Source: a virus (Duplodnaviria; Caudoviricetes). From it: DNA of 57,216 nucleotides. A program made the translations under genes and the position numbers. Positions 20,230 through 30,262 of this stretch are shown in pieces. Under the pieces are notes generated by a model that searched no databases, was not told the origin of the DNA, and saw only the letters and a program-made list of their open reading frames with translations. Position 1 is the stretch's first letter; each line of letters opens with the position of its first letter. The stretch covers positions 1 through 57,216 of IMG/VR virus record IMGVR_UViG_3300027877_000007. The stretch is one strand, 5' to 3'.

Positions 20230-20711
20230 CTACGGCCCTCCAGAACCAAGCACCGAAATAATCTGCACCATATGTGGTATGCCAGCCATTGCCAGCTGGA
20301 ACATGTTTGGGAAAAAGATTGCAACGTGCTGGGAGCACAGGCACATCCTGACCAACATACAAAAAGGGGAAACCATGCAGAAATATTACAAGTTTTACAA
20401 TGGCGTGTCACCATGGAATCCCTTTGGGTACTGGTACATGTCCTCCGGCATCGTGAAAAAGTGAGTATATAAACCTATGGGGTATACTTCCACTGGAACG
20501 GCCAGAAAAGGGGCATAATGCGTTTCTGTCATTTCCACATACAATCCTACCACCCACCTACTTATCTGCCACTGTACAAAATGTAACCTCGTAGAAAATG
20601 GCCTGTTTTCACTGTTCGCATTTGCGAACTTATGGGAAAAATACCTACCTATATTTCCACTGGAAACTGTCACAAATACCTATTTAAACGGAGAGAACCC
20701 ATTATTTACCA

Positions 20712-21083
20712 ATGAAAATCTACTGGCTTACTATGGATGGGGAAAAATGTTTCTTCACACCTTCCAGAGAGAGGACAGAACACGAGCGGGATTTTCGTGC
20801 AGATAAAACGAATTACACGTTCATGCCTTCCCTCTTTGATGATTCGATAGTGTGGGGTGTGGAGGAAGAGGACGTGCCGGATGAGAGCTTTGGGTACTGC
20901 ATCAACGGGCTGCCTTGGGAGCCTGCGCCTGCCCGTGTCCTGCCTGACAAGTCTGATTGTTCTGTAGGTATAGTCAGGAAAATACGGCATGGTATATCCA
21001 ATGACGATGGCACGTGTGCAACATGCCCGTATTACACGAAAGAGAAACCAGAAATAAAACCGATAGAACCAGAGGGTATATAA
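20712..21083 (+). CDS. Hypothetical protein
   Basis: 123-aa ORF after a TATTTAAA box. Confidence 0.55.
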   Translation: MKIYWLTMDGEKCFFTPSRERTEHERDFRADKTNYTFMPSLFDDSIVWGVEEEDVPDESFGYCINGLPWEPAPARVLPDKSDCSVGIVRKIRHGISNDDGTCATCPYYTKEKPEIKPIEPEGI

Positions 21084-21107
21084 ATGCAAAAAACCAAGGG
21101 TTATACA

Positions 21108-21218
21108 GGGAGTACGGAAATGATAGGTGTAAAAGCCACCCGAAGAGGATTGGATTACCCTATCTCATCAGCTGTGACAGGGCCGTTGCCAGACCGGGTT
21201 CGATGCCCGGCACTCCCA
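21108..21218 (+). ncRNA. tRNA-like RNA 3 with its own TATA promoter
   Basis: GGGAGT/ACTCCC stem; CCGGG-TTCGATG-CCCGG T-arm; GATAGG.GTAA/TTACCCTATC helix; GTATATAAAT at 21076-21085. Confidence 0.65.
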
Positions 21219-21389
21219 CTGGTTGGTTCGCAGGCTCCAACGTTAAACAAAACTGTGTCATCTGTGGTTGGTTTGTTTTCTTACCTCATATATACTGTGC
21301 ATACGTTATCCTCCGTAGAGCCAATAGACATACCTCCTTAAATTCTCGTAGTCACTCCCATCCCTTTGACACGGGGATGATCACCTCCC

Positions 21390-21398
21390 TTTTTTTTT
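21390..21398 (+). terminator. Oligo-T tract (archaeal-type terminator)
   Basis: T9 run downstream of the tRNA-like RNA. Confidence 0.4.
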
Positions 21399-21675
21399 AG
21401 TTATCAGTGATAGGTTCATATAGGTATCGCTATTTACTGATACCCCACTTTTTTGTCATATTACTGGTGAGTATATAAATGAAATCAAAAAATTACCCAT
21501 AGTAATAAATAGGAGAAAGACATATATAGTAGTTCATGGTGAAATCCGTCCCTTCGCGGTGTCCTCAATGTTGCCGTTTGGAATTTGAAGAAATATCAAA
21601 ATGGGTTTATTTGTGTTCGTATTGCGGGTGGATGGAAATAAATTCATGGGCATATGAGAGGGAGAGGGAAATATC

Positions 21676-21966
21676 ATGATAGAAGAGGATTACCCGTACA
21701 TGGATACATGGTCTGACATACATCTGGAGGTTTACTGTATGCTCAACCACGATTATTCACATAAAAAAGAACCGTTTGACTACCTCTACGTCGAGGGAAA
21801 AGAGCCTGACGAATGGCCTGAAGTGCCTAACAAGTCATATGATCCAGAGGCAAAGCCAGAGGACTGGCCTGCGGATTGTAAGAGGAAAATAACCATCGAC
21901 TGTCTTGAATGTGAGCATGTTGCATACTGTGAGATGGAAGTAATAAAAATAGAAGAGGAACTATGA
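21676..21966 (+). CDS. Acidic hypothetical protein
   Basis: GGAGAGG RBS; CLECEH near the C-terminus. Confidence 0.6.
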   Translation: MIEEDYPYMDTWSDIHLEVYCMLNHDYSHKKEPFDYLYVEGKEPDEWPEVPNKSYDPEAKPEDWPADCKRKITIDCLECEHVAYCEMEVIKIEEEL

Positions 21967-22094
21967 AAAATGATATCGGATTTTATTATTGTCGGAGCGC
22001 TTTTGCTTATGTTTTTTACAGGGTATTTTTTGGGACGGATGATTGAACAGGTAAAGAAAAAGTGGAAAAATGGAGGATTTTAACCTGAACGCCT

Positions 22095-22775
22095 ATGATT
22101 CGTGACTGTTTTGTAATTGCAGAGCTGGGTGTGAACTGGAGAAACCTGCACCAAGCCGATAAACTGATACGTGACTGCGCGTGGGCAGGGGCAGACGCAG
22201 TAAAATTCCAGATGTATAACGAGGAGCAGATCAAAGATGCGCCTGATTACCCGTTCCTGCGTCATATCATGCTCAAAAAACCCGATATACGGTATCTCTA
22301 CTGGAGGTGCAAGTATCATGACATCGAGTTCATGTGCACACCCATGTACCCGGAGGCCGTTGATATTTTAGATCCGTATGTGGAGAGATGGAAAGTCAGG
22401 TATGCAGACAGAGAGAACGAGGATATCATTTCCAGAATGTTTACCGGGCATGATAAACAGATATTGATATCCCATCATGAAGTCCCAGCAATACGCGAGT
22501 GGAGGCACATAAAATATCTCTACTGCGTGCCGGAATACCCTCCAACAAAATGCGGTTTTGATGAGTTTCAATCACGGTATCTTAACAAAGGGTTTGATGG
22601 GGTATCCTGTCACTGGCCGAATATCGAGATTGCCATGTACTTTGTCAAGAACGGGGCACGGTTTCTGGAGATGCATGTCAAGGACGAGGATGAGGATTAC
22701 TGTCCTGTAGACAATGCGGTTTCAATCACGATATGTGAACTGAAAAAGTTAATCGACTGGATGCGGAGCGAATGA
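22095..22775 (+). CDS. NeuB-family nonulosonic acid synthase (short, no C-terminal SAF domain)
   Basis: VIAELGVN; AGADAVKFQ; EFMCTP; LYCVPEYP; GARFLEMH. Confidence 0.85.
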   Translation: MIRDCFVIAELGVNWRNLHQADKLIRDCAWAGADAVKFQMYNEEQIKDAPDYPFLRHIMLKKPDIRYLYWRCKYHDIEFMCTPMYPEAVDILDPYVERWKVRYADRENEDIISRMFTGHDKQILISHHEVPAIREWRHIKYLYCVPEYPPTKCGFDEFQSRYLNKGFDGVSCHWPNIEIAMYFVKNGARFLEMHVKDEDEDYCPVDNAVSITICELKKLIDWMRSE

Positions 22776-22951
22776 ATAATGTCGTATGAATGTTTTTGTG
22801 AATGGAGGAAACTGGCAATTTGGAACTATCATTGTAAACACCCATCAAATACGGCAGGATTTGGAAAATGTAATGATATAATAGAAATGGGAAATTGCCC
22901 GATGGGTTTTGTTTCAAAAGAGTACGCCGAAAAATATTATGAGGAAATAGA

Positions 22952-23758
22952 ATGAGTGTATATCTTGTAACAGGTGGGGCAGGCAGTCTTGGCAAGGCAG
23001 TGTGTAAAAAGCTCATGGAAAGGGGGCATACTGTCCGTTGTATGGACATAAACGAGTGTGCGCTGGCATCTATATCATATCCACCCGATAGGTTCACCAA
23101 AGTCTATGGTGACGTTTCTGACCTATCCCGTGTTATGAAGGCGATGCGTGGCGTGGACGTGGTGATACATTGCGCGGCTATGAAAAACATCGACATAACC
23201 GAAATCAACGCTACGGATTGTGTGAGGACGAATGTGATAGGGACACAAAACGTGGCAGAGGCGGCCATGGAGAGAGGAATAAAACACGCAATTTTTATAA
23301 GCACGGATAAATCCGTAGCTCCTGTGTCGTTATACGGTGCAACCAAGCTGGTTTCAGAGCATATCTGGAAGGCAGCTGGGAGAATACAGAACAGGACAAA
23401 GTTTACCTGTCTGCGTTCGGGGAATTTCTTTGAGAGTAACGGGAATGTGTTTGAGGTATGGGAAAAACAGTATGCAGAAGGCAAGCCCCTGACCGTGACC
23501 GATACTGAAATGCTGAGATACTTCATTGACATTGACGAGGTTGCTGAAATCATCCTCCAGCTGGATGTACGGAACTTCACAGCCATACCGTTAATGAAGG
23601 AATATTCCATGATGGACTTGCTGATTTTGAAATACGGGGATGAGCAGGAGTTTATCATTACAGGGAAACGACAAGGTGAGAAAATGCGTGAGGAGCTTAA
23701 CTATCCTGATGAAAAACTTGTCGAGATAAACAACTTCTACTACGAGGTTCAGGAATGA
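22952..23758 (+). CDS. NDP-HexNAc 4,6-dehydratase (PseB/CapD-like SDR)
   Basis: TGGAGSLG; HCAAMK; ISTDK; YGATK; RSGN; GEKM.E. Confidence 0.88.
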   Translation: MSVYLVTGGAGSLGKAVCKKLMERGHTVRCMDINECALASISYPPDRFTKVYGDVSDLSRVMKAMRGVDVVIHCAAMKNIDITEINATDCVRTNVIGTQNVAEAAMERGIKHAIFISTDKSVAPVSLYGATKLVSEHIWKAAGRIQNRTKFTCLRSGNFFESNGNVFEVWEKQYAEGKPLTVTDTEMLRYFIDIDEVAEIILQLDVRNFTAIPLMKEYSMMDLLILKYGDEQEFIITGKRQGEKMREELNYPDEKLVEINNFYYEVQE

Positions 23759-24468
23759 AAACGATTTGTATTATCCCTGCACGTTCAGGGAGTAAGGGTA
23801 TAGAAGATAAAAACATCCGCCACATCGGTGGCAGGCCGTTAATTGACCATTCAATCCGTCAGGCCGTGCATGCAGAGCTTGATTTGATTATAACAACAGA
23901 TTCACAAAAATACATCGACATGGTAAATTCCATGTATCCGAAAGGGGTTCAGAATCAGGGCAGAATGTTGTACTGCCCGTTCCAGAGGGACAAAAAACTG
24001 GCCCGTGACGATACGCCTACTAACCGTGTGGTTCTGGATGTGTTAAAATGGATAGATGAGAACAGGCCGGACGAGTATGATGCGTTTGTCCTGTTAGAAC
24101 CCACTGCACCTCTGCGGTTTACGAAGGATATAACCCTTCCTTTGGCCATGATGCGTCAGGATGAGAGTATACCGTCTGTAGTCAGTGTGTGTGATGACCA
24201 CAGGAAACACCCGGCTTTGTCATTCCGCATGAACAGAGGTATCCTCCAGTCAAATACGGATACACCACACCTGCGCAGGCAGGCGCTTGAACCATTCTAT
24301 CATTTAACAGGGACGATATATGCCGCACGGATTCCCTTTTATCGTGAACATAAAACGTTCATCACGCCTGAAACAAGAGGGTATGTAGTTGCGCCTTGGC
24401 AGGACTTTGAGATAGACACTCCTGATGACATACCGATAATTGAGTTGTTTATAAAGAGGGTGATGTAG
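23755..24468 (+). CDS. Acylneuraminate cytidylyltransferase (NeuA-like)
   Basis: IIPARSGSKGIEDKNI; LLEPTAPLR; EIDTPDD. Confidence 0.92.
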   Translation: MKTICIIPARSGSKGIEDKNIRHIGGRPLIDHSIRQAVHAELDLIITTDSQKYIDMVNSMYPKGVQNQGRMLYCPFQRDKKLARDDTPTNRVVLDVLKWIDENRPDEYDAFVLLEPTAPLRFTKDITLPLAMMRQDESIPSVVSVCDDHRKHPALSFRMNRGILQSNTDTPHLRRQALEPFYHLTGTIYAARIPFYREHKTFITPETRGYVVAPWQDFEIDTPDDIPIIELFIKRVM

Positions 24469-25203
24469 ATGGGTGGTTACGGGAGCGGGGATAAAACCGG
24501 GCATCCGTTCTATGGCAATCAATATGGTATGGGGAAAGGTGACACTGGAAAAAGTGGCACTGGGAAAGGTAAGACCAATGATGGCAGGTATGACACGAAG
24601 AGGGGATACCTTCACGGGCCAACTGCACCAGTTCCAACTACAAAAACCAATCCAAAAAATCCCACCGTCCGTTCTATGGTAGAAGATTACTACAAAAATA
24701 CAGAGTACGCATGGGATTTGGAACACGAACATCTCTACGTCTATAAAAATGATCCGGCAAATGTGCTTGGGACAACCCATGGAGATGGAGAATCTACAGA
24801 GTGGATAACGTCTGAACGGCCAGAACTTAAACTACACATACAGGATGCAGATGCTGTTCATAATCACCCATACGGGAATCCTTCCCTGTCATGGCCGGAT
24901 TTATACCATGCAATTAAGGATAATTGCAGGTCAATTACGGCAATTACAAAAGAAGGACGTTTTTGGACATGTCATAGACCACCCGGAGGATGGGCAAAAA
25001 TAGTAAATGATGCTATTACCTATGAGTTGTCAATCGAGATTGCTAAAGAAGAGTTACGGCAATCGGATTGGTGGCAATCTCTGAAGGCGGATGTAGATTC
25101 CAAGAAAATACCTTCAGGTGAAGCTAACCGGGCGTGGACAGACGAAATTTACAGGCGTGCGTATAAAAAACTGGATTTGGATATTGAGGAAGGTGAAATA
25201 TGA
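24469..25203 (+). CDS. Leader-tagged JAB/MPN-domain effector
   Basis: Leader MGGYGSGDKTGHPFYGNQYG; E...HNHPYGNPSLSWPD matches HxH-x7-S-x2-D. Confidence 0.75.
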   Translation: MGGYGSGDKTGHPFYGNQYGMGKGDTGKSGTGKGKTNDGRYDTKRGYLHGPTAPVPTTKTNPKNPTVRSMVEDYYKNTEYAWDLEHEHLYVYKNDPANVLGTTHGDGESTEWITSERPELKLHIQDADAVHNHPYGNPSLSWPDLYHAIKDNCRSITAITKEGRFWTCHRPPGGWAKIVNDAITYELSIEIAKEELRQSDWWQSLKADVDSKKIPSGEANRAWTDEIYRRAYKKLDLDIEEGEI

Positions 25204-25541
25204 GTGCTGAAAGTATCAGGCAGGAGCTCCGTGAACGGGCAAAAGAACTTGGGATTAACGAGGAAGATATTGTACCTGCAAATCCTGATGTCCTTGACGG
25301 TCAGGACGAGTTATACAGGAATATGGAATTAAGTGAAATCTGTTTCTTCTGTGTTCGTCTGCACGATGACGGTTCGCGCACGTGCGATGCATACCCGGAC
25401 GGGATTCCTCGCCAGATATGGATGGGAGAGAGAGATCATAAAACTCCATTCCCCGGCGATCATGGGTTACAGTTCAAATCCAGAACACCACAGGAAGATA
25501 AAGCTGCCGAATACATAAGCCGCAAGGCACAGGAGTACTGA
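25200..25541 (+). CDS. Cys-rich partner (immunity-like) protein
   Basis: CFFC...CDAYPDGIP..IW.G..DH..PFPGDHGLQF; four paralogs in the window. Confidence 0.75.
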   Translation: MSAESIRQELRERAKELGINEEDIVPANPDVLDGQDELYRNMELSEICFFCVRLHDDGSRTCDAYPDGIPRQIWMGERDHKTPFPGDHGLQFKSRTPQEDKAAEYISRKAQEY

Positions 25542-25542
25542 A

Positions 25543-26316
25543 ATGGGTGGACATGGTTCAGGGGATAGAGTAGGGCATCCCTTTTATGGAAACCAGCATG
25601 GGACAGGACGGGCAACCAAAGGCGGATTTGGTGCGGCATCAAAAAAGTATGCGGGGCCAACAGCAAAACCGCCAGTCAGTTCCAGAACTACGAAACATCC
25701 GGAATCACGTGCAGTGGTAGACGATTTCCTGATGGGGCATAAACACGAAGGCGGGAAAGTTACCATGCACGAACAGCACCAGAAGGACAAGGTTGAGCAC
25801 CTGCATGTGTATAGGAATGGTGAACTTCTGGAGGACGAAGTTGGAGATAGTCATGGTGTAAGTTCAAAATCTCATGACGATTTGCCCGATTCTGATACCA
25901 TCCACAACCATCCGTCAGGGGCAGTTTCTTTCTCTACGGGTGATCTCTTTATGACAATGGCTTATAACGGGAATTCTGCAAGTGTGGTTTCAAATGACGG
26001 CAGGCTTATAACTCTTCATAGACCGGAGGACGGGTGGAAACCGTTAATGGAGAAAATTCTTAAAGTTAAACTCAAAGAAGAATTTGGAGAGGCCATGCGT
26101 GAACATGCAAAGAGGGTTGCATATACAGTAGACCATGACAGAGATGATTATGAAGAAGAACTCCGCGAGGGCGAATGGTATAAGGGAATGAAAGCCAAAA
26201 TCAGAAAAGGCGAACTAACGACGGACGATGTAGATGCAGCTGTTCGTATGGAAACGTGCAGGTATGCTTTAAATAAATATGGATTCGATATCGAAGAAGG
26301 AGAGGTAGATAAATGA
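25543..26316 (+). CDS. Leader-tagged JAB/MPN-domain effector
   Basis: Leader MGGHGSGDRVGHPFYGNQHG; EHLHVY...HNHPSGAVSFSTGD. Confidence 0.75.
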   Translation: MGGHGSGDRVGHPFYGNQHGTGRATKGGFGAASKKYAGPTAKPPVSSRTTKHPESRAVVDDFLMGHKHEGGKVTMHEQHQKDKVEHLHVYRNGELLEDEVGDSHGVSSKSHDDLPDSDTIHNHPSGAVSFSTGDLFMTMAYNGNSASVVSNDGRLITLHRPEDGWKPLMEKILKVKLKEEFGEAMREHAKRVAYTVDHDRDDYEEELREGEWYKGMKAKIRKGELTTDDVDAAVRMETCRYALNKYGFDIEEGEVDK

Positions 26317-26582
26317 CAGACGATGATATTGAGATGGACGGGCCGGACGAAGAGGATAAATTCTACCTGTTAAGTCCTGTCTGTTTCTTCTGCGCACGCC
26401 TGCCCGTGGACGAAGAGAGGGTGTGTCCCGCCTTCCCGGACGGGATACCCACACAAATATGGTATGGAAAGTATGACCATAAAAACCCCTTCCCCGGTGA
26501 TCATGGTCTGCAATTCAAATCGAAAACTCCGAAAGAGGACGAGGCACGTGACTATATAAGTCGCAAGTCACAGGAGTATTGA
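26313..26582 (+). CDS. Cys-rich partner (immunity-like) protein
   Basis: CFFC...CPAFPDGIPTQIWYGKYDHKNPFPGDHGLQF. Confidence 0.75.
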   Translation: MTDDDIEMDGPDEEDKFYLLSPVCFFCARLPVDEERVCPAFPDGIPTQIWYGKYDHKNPFPGDHGLQFKSKTPKEDEARDYISRKSQEY

Positions 26583-26583
26583 G

Positions 26584-27348
26584 ATGGGTGGTGAAGGTAG
26601 CGGGGATAGACCGGGACACGAATTTCACGGCAACCAGTACGGATACGGAAAATCCCCGGATCGGAGTGGTATACCTCCCACAAAATTCAAGAGTGTGGCT
26701 TCATATGGTAAACTTCAGGAAGAAGGATATAAAGGACATACCGGACAATGGGAAGATGCCAAGGATAAATGGCTTGATACTGATTCCAGAGCAAATCCCA
26801 TGACAGACGAAGAGGAATACGCTGTTCATAAAGCCTATGCCGGGAATGTCCATGCATGGGATTTGAACCGATACCTGCGCAGAGAAGAATATGATGCACT
26901 TGTTCATGATCCTGAAAAAATGAAGATTACTATAAACAACATCAAAAATGCAATCAATAAACAACCCACAATTCCAAAAGGAGAAATTCTATGGCGAGGC
27001 GTTCAGGATAGAAATGCCGAAGAGGGGAAAATGCTTGAAGTGGGTGACATAGTTGCAGACAAGGGTTTTACCTCGACAACCTATGATTTAGACCATGCAC
27101 AGAACTTCTGTGACCTGTCTAAATATGATGTCATATATCGTATTGTGACCAGTGGTAAGGAGAAGGCAATACCGGGCAAAGAAAGTGAAACCGAAATGAT
27201 ATTCCAAGCCGGGCAAAAATGGGAAGTTGTAGGTATCGAAGAAAAAACAGTTCTGTATTTAGATCCCGATACTGGTAAGGGTATAGATTCAGAAACAGGT
27301 CAAAGACCTAACAGGTTTCGTGTAATCACTGTTACGGGGATTGATTGA
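26584..27348 (+). CDS. Leader-tagged ADP-ribosyltransferase (VIP2/Alt-like, R-S-E type)
   Basis: Leader MGGEGSGDRPGHEFHGNQYG; LNRYLR; LWRG; GFTSTT; ETE. Confidence 0.85.
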   Translation: MGGEGSGDRPGHEFHGNQYGYGKSPDRSGIPPTKFKSVASYGKLQEEGYKGHTGQWEDAKDKWLDTDSRANPMTDEEEYAVHKAYAGNVHAWDLNRYLRREEYDALVHDPEKMKITINNIKNAINKQPTIPKGEILWRGVQDRNAEEGKMLEVGDIVADKGFTSTTYDLDHAQNFCDLSKYDVIYRIVTSGKEKAIPGKESETEMIFQAGQKWEVVGIEEKTVLYLDPDTGKGIDSETGQRPNRFRVITVTGID

Positions 27349-27349
27349 A

Positions 27350-27484
27350 ATGTCAGAAGGAAGAGGAAAGAAAAAGACCGAAAACTCAAAATGGTCAGGC
27401 GGGTTTGAAAAAGTTGGTCATGTATCCAGTAGGAAACAGGACGAACTTGCTGATTACGTGAAAAAGAAACGAGAGAGCTTATGA
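27350..27484 (+). CDS. 44-aa micro-ORF after the ART, possible partner or partner remnant
   Basis: Hand translation ends QDELADYVKKKRESL, similar to EQELYDYVKKAREKYE of 54936..55163. Confidence 0.5.
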   Translation: MSEGRGKKKTENSKWSGGFEKVGHVSSRKQDELADYVKKKRESL

Positions 27485-27663
27485 AAAAACTCAAAGGATG
27501 GATTAAGTGGCCTACCCTCAAAAAAATGATGATGGGCAGGGATTACAAGGGACATAGTGTTGAAAACGGTGTCTACAAGATAGAAATAGGAAAATCCAAG
27601 TTTGAGGTAGTACCTAAAAATGTGAAGTATTACAACGTCTATAAGATTTACGAGTGATGTATC

Positions 27664-28857
27664 ATGAATGTATGGCAGAGAGCATGTCAGATTATTCCGG
27701 GCGGGAATTGTGTAGTTAGCAAAAGACCTACGAGGTATTGTCCCTCTTCATATCCTTCCCACTACACGTGGGCACACGATAATCAGGTAACTTCGGTTGA
27801 GGGTATAACCTATTATGACTATTCAACCATGGGGATAGGGACGTGTATCTTGGGATACGGAAATGCTGAGGTGGATGCAGCTGTCATACAGGCCATTGCA
27901 GGCGGGAATATGTCATCCCTGAATCCTGTCGAGGAGCTGGAGCTGGCAGAAGAGATGCTGAAAATAAATCCACACATGGACATGTGCAGGTTCGCACGCA
28001 CAGGCGGGGAGGCGTGCGCGATAGCTGCGAGGATTTGTCAGGTATACAATCCGGGCACGTTCCACCTCCAGCACGGGTATTCCGGGTGGCATCTTGGAAA
28101 CCCGGAGAAAGGATTTGGTTACAATTTTGAAACTATGGATGACATATGCCTCTTGAAGAATATCTACGATGAAATATCGTTTGTCATCATGGAGCCTGTC
28201 CGTAATTTCCCGGATAAATCCTGTCACCTCATGAAACAGGTAAGAAAGTGGTGTACTGAAAACAATGTCCCGCTTATCTTTGACGAAATAACTTCAGGGT
28301 TCAGGTGTAATATTGGAGGGTATCATGCAATTAAAGGGGTGTATCCAGATATTGCCGTCTACGGGAAGGCACTGGGTAACGGTTATCCCATTGCCTGTGT
28401 GGTGGGGAAAAGAGAGCTCATGGAAAAAGCTGAAGATACGTTCATATCATCCACCTTCTGGTCAGAGAGGACGGGGTATGCGGCTGCACTCGCAACGCTC
28501 GAACAGATGAAGAAACAACATGTCCCGGACAGGCTTATCCGTATGGGAAAAGAGGTTCAGGATGGGTGGTTGCATCTTGCAGACTTGGCAGACATAGACA
28601 TCGAAGTTACGGGCATACCTCCACTGGCACATTTCGCGTTCAAAGAAAATAACAATGAATGTATGACCATGTATACACAGGAGATGTTGAAGAGAGGTAT
28701 TCTTGCCACAGACCAGTTCTACGCCTCCATTGCACACAGACCTATCGACATTGAAACATACATGTTCCACGTGGATAAAATATTCACCATGATTGCAGAG
28801 GGGAAAGTGAAGCTGGAAGGAGAAGTAAAGGATATGGGATGGAGGCGGCCAAATTGA
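27664..28857 (+). CDS. Class III PLP aminotransferase (GSA-like)
   Basis: CILGY; RFARTGGEA; FDEITSGFR; PDIAVYGKALGNGYP. Confidence 0.9.
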   Translation: MNVWQRACQIIPGGNCVVSKRPTRYCPSSYPSHYTWAHDNQVTSVEGITYYDYSTMGIGTCILGYGNAEVDAAVIQAIAGGNMSSLNPVEELELAEEMLKINPHMDMCRFARTGGEACAIAARICQVYNPGTFHLQHGYSGWHLGNPEKGFGYNFETMDDICLLKNIYDEISFVIMEPVRNFPDKSCHLMKQVRKWCTENNVPLIFDEITSGFRCNIGGYHAIKGVYPDIAVYGKALGNGYPIACVVGKRELMEKAEDTFISSTFWSERTGYAAALATLEQMKKQHVPDRLIRMGKEVQDGWLHLADLADIDIEVTGIPPLAHFAFKENNNECMTMYTQEMLKRGILATDQFYASIAHRPIDIETYMFHVDKIFTMIAEGKVKLEGEVKDMGWRRPN

Positions 28858-29226
28858 GGTTACGAGATAAAATTGAAGGGCCAAGCCCCTGTGATACCTG
28901 CATGCTCTACCCTTACGAGAAGAAATCTATAGAGCCTAACGGGGAGGAACTTATTGATCTTGTCCCTATGGATGACTGTCCCATGTCATTTGACGTTACG
29001 GCAGAGGATGACCTTGATCCTCTGTCGATAAGTGTGTGGGAGAAGATTACACGCATGACAGGATGTACATGCTGGAGGCAGAAAATATGACGTACGATCC
29101 ATTAAACGGGGAAAAAGAGAACTGGATTCAGATGTATGGAATGAAGGCACTGATTATCCTTCTTTTTATATTCATAAGTGTTTTATTCCTGTATATCATT
29201 ATAGATAAATGTGCATTGATATGCTG

Positions 29227-29904
29227 ATGAGAGTAATTGTCTTTGGCGGTTCTGGCGTAATTGGCCGGGCTGTAGTGGATGCCCTGATTGCAGGGGATTA
29301 CACTGTGTATAATGCAGACCTTGAAGATTCCGGGCGTGGAACGTTTTTAAGGACAGATATTTTAAGCATGCACTCAATATACCGTACCATGGAGTTGGTA
29401 GGTGACATTTACGGAGTAGTGAACTGCACCTATCCCCGGACAAAACGATACATGACCGATCCGTGGTATGATACCCTGACCGATGACTACCAGACGTTCT
29501 TCACCCAGCATCTGGTATCCTCTATTTCTCTTATGAAATTGTGCCGCGAATTCGGAGTGAAAAATATCGTTGTCATGTCATCGATGTACGGGAAGAAAGT
29601 TCCTGAGCAGTGGATGTATGACGGAACAGAAAAAAGAAAATCTCCCCTTGAATACGGGATGGCAAAAGCAGCTCTGAACCATATGGTTCAATATTTATCC
29701 AGAGAAGGGATGCACATAAACGCTATTGCACCCGGTGGAATAGAATCAGATGATATGCCTACACTGTTCACAATAAAATATCGCACAAAGGCCGATTTTA
29801 CAAAACCGTGCGAAGTTGCAGGCACGGTAAAATACTTGTTATCGCAAGAAGGTCAAGGAATAAACGGACAGGTGATTACAGTAGATGGAGGTTTTTCTGT
29901 ATGA
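29227..29904 (+). CDS. SDR oxidoreductase (PtmA-like)
   Basis: GGSGVIG; VNCTYPR; SSMYG; YGMAK; INAIAPGG; NGQVITVDGG. Confidence 0.85.
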   Translation: MRVIVFGGSGVIGRAVVDALIAGDYTVYNADLEDSGRGTFLRTDILSMHSIYRTMELVGDIYGVVNCTYPRTKRYMTDPWYDTLTDDYQTFFTQHLVSSISLMKLCREFGVKNIVVMSSMYGKKVPEQWMYDGTEKRKSPLEYGMAKAALNHMVQYLSREGMHINAIAPGGIESDDMPTLFTIKYRTKADFTKPCEVAGTVKYLLSQEGQGINGQVITVDGGFSV

Positions 29905-30262
29905 GTGTAAGGGACTGGATGGAAAATATACCCTGTTTTGAAAAACCGTGTTTCGGCATGTGGGGATATGTCGAGGGAGGGGTAAACCGTGGGTGTGATA
30001 AGTGCGAGTGTCTGTGGCATTGCCGTGAAAAATACTTTTCAAGGAGTACAGGGCAGGGATACATAAAATTATGAATTACGGGAGGACAGAAATGAAAGTC
30101 TGTTGGGATTGTAAATATTGGGTATCAGATAAACCAGAACAGCCAGACTGTCAATTTGGATGGTGTCATAGGTTTCCTCCACAACTGCTTGGGAGAGAAG
30201 CATCCAATCCCAAAGTATTTCGTATGAATTGGTGTGGAGAGTGGGACTATAAGGAGTAATGT

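Noticed and set aside
21108-21218. tmRNA
   Set aside because: Too short, with no tag reading frame and no G3:U70 pair.
21014-21400. 85-aa and 128-aa ORFs
   Set aside because: They overlap the tRNA-like RNA and its promoter; the RNA explains the structure better.
27664-28857. hemL (tetrapyrrole synthesis)
   Set aside because: GSA-like family, but the context is nucleotide-sugar genes with no other hem genes.
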